A DNA stretch of 47,268 nucleotides from a virus (lineage: Duplodnaviria; Heunggongvirae; Uroviricota; Caudoviricetes). Both the position numbers and the translations under genes were made by a program. Below are positions 10,025-18,211 of the stretch, one piece after another. The notes beneath the pieces are model-generated. The model was not told the DNA's origin and searched no databases. It saw only the letters and a program-made list of their open reading frames with translations. The DNA lies in the IMG/VR virus record IMGVR_UViG_3300011113_000787, positions 1 to 47,268 of that record. One strand, given 5' to 3'. Each line of letters starts with the position of its first letter. The stretch's first letter is position 1.

Positions 10025-10032
10025 TATATTTG
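10025..10032 (+). promoter_or_regulatory. Bacteroidota-type -7 promoter box TAnnTTTG upstream of tmRNA
   Basis: TATATTTG about 20 nt before the tmRNA 5' end. Confidence 0.7.
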
Positions 10033-10052
10033 CTTTGTTCATTGAAATTATC

Positions 10053-10444
10053 GGGGAAGACATGGCATTGATTGGCGTGTGTAGGTATAAGTGGCACGTA
10101 GGAGCTGAATTAACTCCTTAAAAACTGATTTGAAACACAAACGGCAATACTTTTGCTAAAATGGCTGCTATCGGTTTAATCGCTGAAGAAGCTACAGTTG
10201 TTGCTTAATTAAGACACAACTACTCGGGTCGGTTAGGACATTAACCTAGGAACAGAAGTCCAATTTACGGGTCACAGGTCAGAGCTCGTTTAAAATAATT
10301 CTGAGACCAAGTTGTTTGTAGGTGGGGTTCTCACAAATATCAAACCTAATATTTCGGAACATTGAGAAACAATGTTGTAATAAACGTGTAGTCATTTATA
10401 GTTATCGCGAACAAGACTCGGGTTCGACCCCCGACTTCTCCACC
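10053..10444 (+). ncRNA. ssrA: tmRNA (transfer-messenger RNA)
   Basis: 5' GGGGAAG pairs with 3' CTTCTCC including G3.U70, discriminator A then CC; T-arm GGGTTCGACCCCC; internal tag ORF ending ...TVVA-TAA at 10208. Confidence 0.93.
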
Positions 10445-10479
10445 GCAGACTTTTTTGAGTTCTCGACATATTTATTAGT

Positions 10480-11127
10480 ATGTCGAACTCAAATAAGTCA
10501 AAAAAATATCATTTTATATACAAGACAACAAATCTCCTTAATAATAAATTTTACGTTGGAATGCATTCAACAACAAACCTGAACGATGGTTACATAGGGA
10601 GTGGAACTAATTTAAGATTTGCAATAAGAAAATACGGTCCGAATAATTTCAAATTTGAAATTCTCGAATGGTGTATCAATAGAGAAGAATTGATAAAAAG
10701 AGAAAAAGAAATTATAAACGAGAATTTCCTAAATGACCCGAATTGTTATAATTTGAAACCTGGTGGGACGGGCGGATTCAACAATCCAACTCACCAATAC
10801 AATTGTTCTAAAGCCGCAGGTATAAAACATAGAGAAATGTTAGAATGTGATGAAAATTATAGAAAAAAAATTTCAATTTCAAGAACAGAAACTAATAAAA
10901 AAAACCACAGTAATGGTAGGTTAAAATCAATTCAACAAATTTATTCTTGGGTTGGAAAAAAACACAAAGAAGAAACAAAGAAAAAAATATCTGAAAAAAA
11001 CTCTCTGAATCACTCAGGACAAAAAAACTCTCAATTTGGTACCAAATGGATTACCAATGGAAAACAAAATAAAAAAATAAAAAGTTCCGATTTACTACCT
11101 CAAGATTGGACATACGGTCGTGTGTAA
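10480..11127 (+). mobile_element. free-standing GIY-YIG homing endonuclease (Seg-like) with NUMOD3-like DNA-binding repeat
   Basis: FIYKTTNLLNNKFYVG, YIGSG and EKE motifs, and HKEETKKKISE; located 35 nt after the tmRNA. Confidence 0.85.
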
Positions 11128-11211
11128 GATAATCCAAATTATTTAAATTAATTTACCCTCATTTTCGGATGGGTGTTTTTTTTATTATTTTATTTTTTCT
11201 ATATTTCAAAC

Positions 11212-11562
11212 ATGAGTAAATTCGGTTCAATATTTTTTATATTCTTTGTGTACACGTTTTCACAAATTTTCACTTTCTATCAACTACAAGGTCACCTGTG
11301 GAATAAATGGATTAAAGAACATCCTTTCCTGATGTCCTTAATAGGCGTCCCGATTGGTTACCTCGTAATATTGGCAAGTAGGGAGATGGTGAATTTATAT
11401 GATGGTCAAACATGGCCAAATCGTATAATTGGGTTTTCCATTGGAGTTTTAATATTTTCAATTATGGCTTGGTTGATATTAAAAGAACCATTATCACTCA
11501 AAACTGTCGTGTGCTTAGCCCTTAGTTTAACCATCTTACTCATTCAGTTGTTTTGGAAGTAA
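11212..11562 (+). CDS. small multi-pass membrane protein (DMT/SMR-like fold possible)
   Basis: About four hydrophobic segments; start at the internal Met MSKFG. Confidence 0.6.
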   Translation: MSKFGSIFFIFFVYTFSQIFTFYQLQGHLWNKWIKEHPFLMSLIGVPIGYLVILASREMVNLYDGQTWPNRIIGFSIGVLIFSIMAWLILKEPLSLKTVVCLALSLTILLIQLFWK

Positions 11563-11578
11563 TTGGTATTTATACCAT

Positions 11579-13057
11579 ATGAAGTTTCTCTCAATTTTAA
11601 TAAAGGAAGGTCGTAAAGAAGATTTAAAGAAAAAATATTCAACTAAATTCAACGAAGAGGATTTAGAATTTATTTTGAACATTTCAGATTTACAAGATTT
11701 CAACCACAAATACACTGACTTTGTATTAAAAAATACGGATGGTGATGGGGAATTAGACACTTCTGAATTAGAAAAACTAATAGGTCTAATTAAGGATTTC
11801 GACAAATACCAATCTCAACTTCCCAAAAAGGATATAAATCAGTATGTGTCCTTGAACGAACTTGAGAAGGTTATTCTATACATCAGGGAAAAGAAGAAAC
11901 AAAAGGAATTAGAAAATCAGGTAGAAAAGATTTACGAGGACGATAAGTTTTTAGTTGTTAGACCAAAATCTCACCCCGCATCTTGTAAGTACGGTTCCAA
12001 TACTAAATGGTGCACCACTGCACAATCTCCTGACCATTTCCAAAGATATACATCAGGCAGTCAAGCACTTTACTACATAATAAACAAAGCCAATTCAACA
12101 AACAAAGATTATTCAAAAGTTGCTGTTCACATTGGGACTTTAGGAAACCAAATGTTTTGGGACTCAAAAGATACCGCAATGGGAGACAGAGAAGTTTCAA
12201 TTTTCAAATACGCATTCCCTGAAATTATGGATGCAATAGAAGAAAATTATAAAACTTTTAGAGTCTCAGCCGAAGAAAAACATTTGAATGAAATCTTTAA
12301 CTCTTTTGGAATTACAAAAAGAAGTGATAAAAAATTATTTGGTACTGAATCTCAATTAAGTGTTGTTATCGAAGGTTTTCAAACTATAAACGATTTAGGT
12401 CCAGGACACGCCGAGGCAGGCTTGGCAGTAATATTGGATAATGTCTTGATAGATGAATATCAAGTTTTTGTAACCTTTAAATCAAAGGATAGAGAAACTT
12501 TCGAAGCGAGTATTGGTTTCATGGGTAAAGACAATTATATCGAGGAAGATTATTTTATTGATTTAGGTTTAGAAGATTTTGGAATTGATGTGAAGTTTAA
12601 GCAGTTAAACACAACACAAAATACTGCAGAAGGTGTTAGGTCTTATGTGGCCACCAGGGTTTTAGATAAAGTCAAAGAAAATCCAAAACTCAGAGAAAAA
12701 ATTGTTGGTACATCAAGTTTTTTTAGACCATCATATGGTTACACTTTTGGTAGGAAGAAAGGTTGGATTGAAAAACTTGTGAAGTTTTTGGATTCAGGTA
12801 AAATAGGAACAAAACTTGATTTTCTTACCGACATAGGGTTCTTGAACAAAATTACCAAGGATGGTAAGACAATGTACCAAAGAACAAAAGACGGATTTGT
12901 AATGAAACCTCGTGACTTAAGAGGACAACATTCCTCATTTTTCGCAGCAGCTAAAAATGCGGGAATTTTAGGTTATAGAAAGGTTGGAAAAGATTTCCTT
13001 TTAATAAAAGGTCCAAACTTTAACGCCTTCAAAGAGGGGAAGCTCAAGGCACTTTAG
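11579..13057 (+). CDS. hypothetical protein with SxKYGxxTxWCT domain
   Basis: 492-aa ORF; motif shared with 45502..46503; TATTTATA at 11567-11574. Confidence 0.75.
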   Translation: MKFLSILIKEGRKEDLKKKYSTKFNEEDLEFILNISDLQDFNHKYTDFVLKNTDGDGELDTSELEKLIGLIKDFDKYQSQLPKKDINQYVSLNELEKVILYIREKKKQKELENQVEKIYEDDKFLVVRPKSHPASCKYGSNTKWCTTAQSPDHFQRYTSGSQALYYIINKANSTNKDYSKVAVHIGTLGNQMFWDSKDTAMGDREVSIFKYAFPEIMDAIEENYKTFRVSAEEKHLNEIFNSFGITKRSDKKLFGTESQLSVVIEGFQTINDLGPGHAEAGLAVILDNVLIDEYQVFVTFKSKDRETFEASIGFMGKDNYIEEDYFIDLGLEDFGIDVKFKQLNTTQNTAEGVRSYVATRVLDKVKENPKLREKIVGTSSFFRPSYGYTFGRKKGWIEKLVKFLDSGKIGTKLDFLTDIGFLNKITKDGKTMYQRTKDGFVMKPRDLRGQHSSFFAAAKNAGILGYRKVGKDFLLIKGPNFNAFKEGKLKAL

Positions 13058-13268
13058 ATAATCTTCGAAAGTAGATATATAAACCAAAGAAAAGCCCCGC
13101 AATACAATACAAAACGAAGTTCGCTTTCCATAAACTTCCTGTCCAAAGTATTAGGGAATATTGAACGGCATCGAATCCAAAAGGATTGAAGAACAGAGCC
13201 AGCATTAAAAATATTTGAGACAGATTTTCTTGGAATGTTTTCTGCCACGTTTCTCTGTTTATTTGCAT
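13044..13268 (-). CDS. small membrane protein
   Basis: Two hydrophobic helices; fills the gap between neighbouring genes. Confidence 0.6.
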   Translation of the reverse strand: MQINRETWQKTFQENLSQIFLMLALFFNPFGFDAVQYSLILWTGSLWKANFVLYCIAGLFFGLYIYFRRLSKVP

Positions 13269-13327
13269 CGTCCATAAATTGGGGTTTAAAATTTATGTCC
13301 TGAGACTATAATTTTATAGTTATAAAT

Positions 13328-13933
13328 ATGATATTTCAAAATTTTATTTACTCGAAAACTTATGACCATTATTTAATCCTACCCATGAAAACAGGTACGG
13401 TTAACGCCTCATGGATATTCACCTATTTTGATTTTCAAACTTACACAAGAAACTTTGATTCGGATGGTAACTTCAAAGAAATATCCAATCCCGCTATGTC
13501 CGCAGTACATAGTTTCTACTTACCACCTGAAATTGAAACCCCAAAGATTATTGTAACCGCAAGAAATCCTTATGATAAGGTTTTATCAAGATTTCTATTC
13601 ACATGGACACGAAATGAAACCCCGTCCTATCAAGACTTTTTGAATAATCTAATAAACTCAATTCAACATAATAACCCTATGTTGATTTATCCATCGGAGT
13701 TGATACCAACTTACACAATAAGATTGGAAAATATGTACGAAGATTACATGAAAATTCCTTTCGCCAAAGATTCTAATCTTAATAAATCAGGTATTCTTTT
13801 GGAGATGTGTAACAAAAAAATAAATGAGGCAAGAATTAAGGTTAATAAAGATGATTTTCTCACTGAAGAATCAAAAGAATTAATTTATAATTTCCTTAGA
13901 AATCAATTTGAACTCTTTGGATACAAAAAGTAA
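13328..13933 (+). CDS. sulfotransferase-like protein (Sulfotransfer_2-like)
   Basis: PMKTGT 5'-PSB-like loop and RNPYDKVLS 3'-PB-like motif. Confidence 0.65.
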   Translation: MIFQNFIYSKTYDHYLILPMKTGTVNASWIFTYFDFQTYTRNFDSDGNFKEISNPAMSAVHSFYLPPEIETPKIIVTARNPYDKVLSRFLFTWTRNETPSYQDFLNNLINSIQHNNPMLIYPSELIPTYTIRLENMYEDYMKIPFAKDSNLNKSGILLEMCNKKINEARIKVNKDDFLTEESKELIYNFLRNQFELFGYKK

Positions 13934-13951
13934 ATTTCTTACATTTGTTTT

Positions 13952-14143
13952 ATGGTAGATATCAAGAAAATATTACAAGAGAGAGGTTCAATTTCAAAAT
14001 TCGATGGGGTTGCACCTGAAGGTTTTATTTTGGTTCATGAAAAAACTTTGGAGGAATTAAAAGATTTCGATAAGTGGAAATCATGGAAAAACAATGAAAT
14101 TTCTATTGAAGAAATGAACAAACTAAATTTTGAAAATACTTAA
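13952..14143 (+). CDS. hypothetical protein
   Basis: 63 aa, TACATTTG promoter box at 13940-13947. Confidence 0.65.
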   Translation: MVDIKKILQERGSISKFDGVAPEGFILVHEKTLEELKDFDKWKSWKNNEISIEEMNKLNFENT

Positions 14144-14182
14144 TTTTAGTTATCTTTGTAAAAACATTAAAACGTTAAAATC

Positions 14183-14275
14183 ATGTCGTTTTTTTTGACT
14201 GTTGAGGTAGAACTTGACCCAAATACCCCAGAGGATGAAGAAATCTGGGAGCATGGCGATAATGTTACATTTTAA
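14183..14275 (+). CDS. 30-aa acidic micro-ORF MSFFLTVEVELDPNTPEDEEIWEHGDNVTF
   Basis: Manual translation; follows TATCTTTG at 14151-14158 and an A-rich leader. Confidence 0.5.
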   Translation: MSFFLTVEVELDPNTPEDEEIWEHGDNVTF

Positions 14276-14281
14276 CGAGTG

Positions 14282-14368
14282 GTGGTCATACTGATGTAAC
14301 TGCTGCAGCAGTGAAAGGAAGTCGACTCCGAGGTATAGCATCCCATCAGTCCCTGACCACTTTTTTTT
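14282..14368 (+). ncRNA. structured intergenic element (nested helices plus U-tract)
   Basis: GTGGTCA/TGACCAC and ACTGATG/CATCAGT stems, 14-bp palindrome ACTGCTGCAGCAGT, then T8. Confidence 0.45.
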
Positions 14369-14373
14369 AAACT

Positions 14374-14565
14374 ATGGAAAAGAAAAAAATATACAGAAGC
14401 AGAACGAAATCTATCGCAGGAGTCTGTACAGGACTTGCAGATTATTTCAACATTGAACCACTTTTGGTCAAAATTGCATTTTTTGCCTTGATTTGGAGTC
14501 CATTTCCCATAATTTTAATATATCTTATGTTGTGGATTCTTATGAATAAAGAACCCAAAGTATAA
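14374..14565 (+). CDS. pspC: PspC domain protein
   Basis: YRSRTKSIAGVCTGLADYFNI followed by a transmembrane helix. Confidence 0.85.
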   Translation: MEKKKIYRSRTKSIAGVCTGLADYFNIEPLLVKIAFFALIWSPFPIILIYLMLWILMNKEPKV

Positions 14566-14570
14566 CCCAA

Positions 14571-14646
14571 GCGGAAGTAGCTCATTTGGTAGAGCGATAG
14601 CCTTCCAAGCTATAGGTGGCCAGTTCGAGCCTGGTCTTCCGCTCCA
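14571..14646 (+). tRNA. tRNA-Gly(TCC), CCA encoded
   Basis: Cloverleaf; anticodon arm ATAGC-CTTCCAA-GCTAT. Confidence 0.95.
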
Positions 14647-14647
14647 T

Positions 14648-15043
14648 ATGAGCAAAGTAACAAAAAACCCCACCTTTTTCGTTGATATTGACGGAACGTT
14701 GGTTAAGTATCGAAAATTTGATGAGTTGTCTACAGCGATATTAACTCCAATTTCAGAAGTTATTGATTACGTAAACGACCAATATAATTCAGGTGCTGTG
14801 ATAATTATAACTACAGCACGTCCTGAATCTTTCAGAAACTACACAATGAGTGAGCTAGAAAAAATTGGTGTAAAGTTTCATCAACTTGTTATGGATTGTG
14901 GTAGGGGAACAAGAGTGATATTGAACGACAAGGACCCTGAACAACCTGAAATTCAAAGGGCTGTTGGAATAAATTTAGATAGGAACATGGGGTTTCAAAC
15001 CTTAGATGGTCCTCCAAGAGTTGAAAAATATGAGTCAAATTAA
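14648..15043 (+). CDS. HAD-superfamily phosphatase
   Basis: FVDIDGTL motif I, TTAR motif II, and an ND motif. Confidence 0.8.
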   Translation: MSKVTKNPTFFVDIDGTLVKYRKFDELSTAILTPISEVIDYVNDQYNSGAVIIITTARPESFRNYTMSELEKIGVKFHQLVMDCGRGTRVILNDKDPEQPEIQRAVGINLDRNMGFQTLDGPPRVEKYESN

Positions 15044-15395
15044 GGTTTCGTACAAAAGACATTTAGCAAAAACTATAAGTTATAGAATAGTTAGCACAAC
15101 AATAGGTTTCTTGGCTATGTGGTGGGTATCAGGTAGTATCAAAATTGGTGCTGCGTTTGGTGTGGTAGAGTTGTTATATAAACCATTACAATACTATATC
15201 CATGAAAGAGTTTGGTATAGATGGATAAAATATGGTCTGATTACAACATCTGAAAAGAAGAAAAAAAATTTAGGTATAACTGAAGGTAAAACCAAAGAAA
15301 TCATCAAAGAATTTCCGCAAGAACTTCCTGAAACTTTACCTCCTCCCGCACCCCAACCTCAAAAGAGAGTTTTGAATTATAGTTCAAATAGATAA
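15030..15395 (+). CDS. DUF2061-like membrane protein
   Basis: RHLAKTISYRIVST...YYIHERVW pattern. Confidence 0.7.
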   Translation: MSQIKVSYKRHLAKTISYRIVSTTIGFLAMWWVSGSIKIGAAFGVVELLYKPLQYYIHERVWYRWIKYGLITTSEKKKKNLGITEGKTKEIIKEFPQELPETLPPPAPQPQKRVLNYSSNR

Positions 15396-15418
15396 ACCGA
15401 GACATTCTCGGTTTTTTT
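15394..15418 (+). terminator. intrinsic terminator
   Basis: AAACCGAGA/TCTCGGTTT hairpin plus T-tract. Confidence 0.75.
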
Positions 15419-15443
15419 ATTTTATAAGGTATTTATAGGAGAC

Positions 15444-16757
15444 ATGAAGGAATTACAAAGGATACAAAGAATCTACGACAAAATTGATGGAAACAAAAAA
15501 TTGGTTCACGAAGTAATGGTTAGACCAATTGATGTTGCAGCGTCATATCCTAATTTAATATTCGCATCAAGAACTCAAAGAGACGAAATTAACAAGGCTT
15601 TATTAGATGATTTACAAAAAGCGGCTGAACTTACAGGTTACGATATCAACGTTAATTACGCCAAGACAGACCATGGAAAAAACACAAAGAGTGGTAACGT
15701 AAGTAGACATTACACAAATCAGGCGGTTGATATTGGTTCAATTGGCGGAAAAGTTGTAAGCCCAAGTAACAGAGATGTTGTAGACAAATATGTTGATGCT
15801 CTACTCAGTATGGGATATGCTAAGAATTCTGAAGGAGGTAACTCAAAAGCTGTTTTAACATTTGGATTTCCTGGTCATGATGACCATATCCACGTTTCAA
15901 ACAAAGAAGGTTCATCTTCTGAAGTAGACCCCAACTATAGCCCATCATCAGATAAAGAATCATCAGACAAAGATTCATCTACTGATAAAAAAGATGAAAA
16001 GTCAACCTTCGGTAGTGGAAGTAGTAAAGACTCAGACCCTGAGTTATACAAGTTAGCAGTTGGGATTGGTAAGATGATAGGTATCAACGAGTCATTTGGT
16101 AAAAATATTTCAAATAGATACGGAACTATTTCTATACCAGGTTCCTCAAACTCCGTAATTAAAAGCCCTGTCGATGGTGTTATCAACAACATGAAAAAAA
16201 TTTCTGGTTGTAAAAATCAGATAACAATTGAATCGAGTGATTTAGGTTACTTCTTTCAATATTGTGGGGTTTCTAAACCGAGAGTAAAAGATGGAGATAC
16301 AGTTTCAGAAGGACAAGTTATAGGAATTATGGACGGAGGAGATACTGCAGAAGTATTGATGTTGAACCGTTCTTATCACAGAGAAAACCTAAATCAGAGA
16401 GAATTCGAAAAAACATATTCTGAAAAAAAATCAACAAAAAAGAAAAAAGAATACACTCCTGATTATGATGGTGAAGTAGAGAAAAAATCTGATACTAGAA
16501 GTTATGCTGACCCTGCGTTAGCTGCACTTATAACCTTACCATTCGGTATATTCAAAAACAGATACGATAAAAAAACAGGTGAGTTAAAACAGAAGAGATG
16601 GGCTGAAACAGGAGAAAAGAAACAAACCGACCCAATTGTTATAAACGCAATAAAAGCCCCATTTAAAAAAGCTGCAAAATTTTTCCGTAAGGAAAAGAAT
16701 GAAGAAAACGACAAATTAAAAGAGGATATTCAAAGAATTAAAAGACTAATAAAATAA
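15444..16757 (+). CDS. probable virion-associated peptidoglycan peptidase (M15/LAS-type domain plus degenerate M23-like domain)
   Basis: SRHYTNQAVD (H-x6-D) and HDDHIH (HxH); later KSPVDGVI...VKDGDTVSEGQVIG. Confidence 0.6.
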   Translation: MKELQRIQRIYDKIDGNKKLVHEVMVRPIDVAASYPNLIFASRTQRDEINKALLDDLQKAAELTGYDINVNYAKTDHGKNTKSGNVSRHYTNQAVDIGSIGGKVVSPSNRDVVDKYVDALLSMGYAKNSEGGNSKAVLTFGFPGHDDHIHVSNKEGSSSEVDPNYSPSSDKESSDKDSSTDKKDEKSTFGSGSSKDSDPELYKLAVGIGKMIGINESFGKNISNRYGTISIPGSSNSVIKSPVDGVINNMKKISGCKNQITIESSDLGYFFQYCGVSKPRVKDGDTVSEGQVIGIMDGGDTAEVLMLNRSYHRENLNQREFEKTYSEKKSTKKKKEYTPDYDGEVEKKSDTRSYADPALAALITLPFGIFKNRYDKKTGELKQKRWAETGEKKQTDPIVINAIKAPFKKAAKFFRKEKNEENDKLKEDIQRIKRLIK

Positions 16758-16783
16758 AAAAACCCATCGAAAGATGGGTTTTT
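16758..16783. terminator. bidirectional intrinsic terminator
   Basis: AAAAACCCATC-GAAA-GATGGGTTTTT between convergent genes. Confidence 0.85.
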
Positions 16784-16805
16784 AGTTTCGTAAGAAAAAG
16801 TAATA

Positions 16806-16979
16806 TTATTTAACTTCTTCTACCTTAACAGCAGTAGTGTCTACAACAACAGCCGCAGAATCCACTTTAAGTGAATCTACTACAACAGCAGAAGAATCTG
16901 ATTTAACTTCAGTTGAGGTACCTTTACCGCCGCAAGCCGTCAATGCTACGATTGATAACAATGCAAAGATTTTTTTCAT
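16806..16979 (-). CDS. 57-aa lipoprotein MKKIFALLSIVALTAC-GGKGTSTEVKSDSSAVVVDSLKVDSAAVVVDTTAVKVEEVK
   Basis: Manual translation (below the ORF-track cutoff); signal peptide with lipobox LTAC. Confidence 0.85.
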   Translation of the reverse strand: MKKIFALLSIVALTACGGKGTSTEVKSDSSAVVVDSLKVDSAAVVVDTTAVKVEEVK

Positions 16980-17074
16980 TTTTTTCTTTTTTTTGGTTAA
17001 TGTTTAATAACTATTCAAGACTATAAATATAGTACAACTTTTCTAAATCGTCAACTAGTAGGTTAAAAAAAGTG

Positions 17075-17159
17075 CGGAGAGTGCTGGATTCGAACCAGCG
17101 GGTCAGTTACCCGACCACGGTTTAGCAAACCGCTCCTTTAACCACTCAGGCAACTCTCC
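17075..17159 (-). tRNA. tRNA-Ser(GCT)
   Basis: Cloverleaf with long variable arm; GCGGT-TTGCTAA-ACCGT. Confidence 0.93.
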
Positions 17160-17164
17160 TCGTG

Positions 17165-17238
17165 TGTGAACGGTGGGATTCGAACCCACGACAACTAGCG
17201 CCACAAGCTAGTGCTCTACCAACTAAGCTACGTCCACC
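17165..17238 (-). tRNA. tRNA-His(GTG), G-1 present, discriminator A
   Basis: CTAGC-TTGTGGC-GCTAG. Confidence 0.92.
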
Positions 17239-17245
17239 ATGTTTG

Positions 17246-17317
17246 TTGCGATAGGTGGATTTGAACCACCGACAACTTGGATATGAATCAAGTGCTCTAC
17301 CCCTGAGCTATATCGCA
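17246..17317 (-). tRNA. tRNA with CAT anticodon (probable elongator Met)
   Basis: Loop TTCATAT; A31-C39 mismatch; no initiator features. Confidence 0.8.
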
Positions 17318-17323
17318 TTCATG

Positions 17324-17395
17324 AAGTCCTATAGGGACTCGAACCCCAACTCTTTTTGTCCGTAGCAAAATGTTTTTCCATTAAACTATAGGACC
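17324..17395 (-). tRNA. tRNA-Arg(ACG)
   Basis: TTTTG-CTACGGA-CAAAA. Confidence 0.9.
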
Positions 17396-17398
17396 CTG

Positions 17399-17469
17399 TT
17401 GTCGCACAAGGATTCGAACCTTGAAAAACAGAACCAAAATCTGTTGTGTTACCGTTACACCATACGACA
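17399..17469 (-). tRNA. tRNA-Gln(TTG)
   Basis: ACAGA-TTTTGGT-TCTGT. Confidence 0.92.
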
Positions 17470-17551
17470 GTATGGGACAGACCTAAGGAGACGTATTATT
17501 CTCTTCATTATCCTTGTACTTTAACACCATGGGAAGCGTGTGTCTGTCTTG

Positions 17552-17625
17552 TGGACCCCCACGGGCTCGAACCGTGGACCTAATGATTATGAGTCATTTG
17601 CTCTGACCTACTGAGCTAGGGGTCC
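17552..17625 (-). tRNA. tRNA with CAT anticodon (probable Ile2, lysidine type)
   Basis: AATGA-CTCATAA-TCATT; overall resemblance to ileX-type tRNAs. Confidence 0.8.
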
Positions 17626-17631
17626 AAAATG

Positions 17632-17713
17632 TGGGAGTAGCTGGACTCGAACCAACGAACTCGAAAGAGGGAAGATTTACAGTCTTCTGCCATTGCCACT
17701 AGGCGATACTCCC
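17632..17713 (-). tRNA. tRNA-Tyr(GTA)
   Basis: GAAGA-CTGTAAA-TCTTC with long variable arm. Confidence 0.93.
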
Positions 17714-17719
17714 AAATTG

Positions 17720-17792
17720 CACGGGTGGTAGGACTCGAACCTACAACTCCTAGTTTTGGAGACTAGTACTCTACCAATTGAGCTACACCCAT
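17720..17792 (-). tRNA. tRNA-Trp(CCA)
   Basis: CTAGT-CTCCAAA-ACTAG. Confidence 0.93.
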
Positions 17793-17797
17793 GTTTA

Positions 17798-18211
17798 TTA
17801 TTTCAAAAGCCAAGATGAGGATTGAATTTTATCACCCAAACCGTCGACCAATTTGATACCTAATTCATCACAGATTGGTTTTTCAGGTATAGTGTCGTTA
17901 TTTTGGTCACCTCCGTTTGCAAAGAACAACTCTACGTTTTCTTCAACCTCAGAGGCAATCATTCTCAACGTCTCACGAACCGTTCTGTCTTTATCGATAG
18001 ATAGTATGGTTTTATCTACCATCTTTAAACTATCGATAATTACCAATCTTTCGTCCTCATCTTGGAACTTTTTACTTCCTTTCAACTCACGTTGAAAATC
18101 GTTATTCACAATCACATAGAGTTTGTCTCCATGTTCTTTTGATTTGATAAAGTATTCAATATGTCCTTTATGGACAGGATTGAAATATCCACTTACGATT
18201 ACAACTTTCAT
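17798..18211 (-). CDS. cytidylyltransferase-like (HIGH-motif) nucleotidyltransferase
   Basis: VSGYFNPVHKGH and FANGGD motifs; start at MKVV (TAATG overlap). Confidence 0.85.
   Translation of the reverse strand: MKVVIVSGYFNPVHKGHIEYFIKSKEHGDKLYVIVNNDFQRELKGSKKFQDEDERLVIIDSLKMVDKTILSIDKDRTVRETLRMIASEVEENVELFFANGGDQNNDTIPEKPICDELGIKLVDGLGDKIQSSSWLLK

Noticed and set aside
14254-14300. Fluoride riboswitch (GGCGAT...CTGATG)
   Set aside because: The P1 partner of GGCGAT is absent and the upstream part lies inside a plausible micro-ORF
14291-14316. Hammerhead ribozyme (CTGATG...GAAA around a hairpin)
   Set aside because: A9 is replaced by U, and no stem III/UH cleavage triplet or stem I can be formed
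17246-17625. Initiator tRNA-fMet among the two CAT tRNAs
   Set aside because: Neither has three consecutive G-C pairs in the anticodon stem or a 1-72 mismatch
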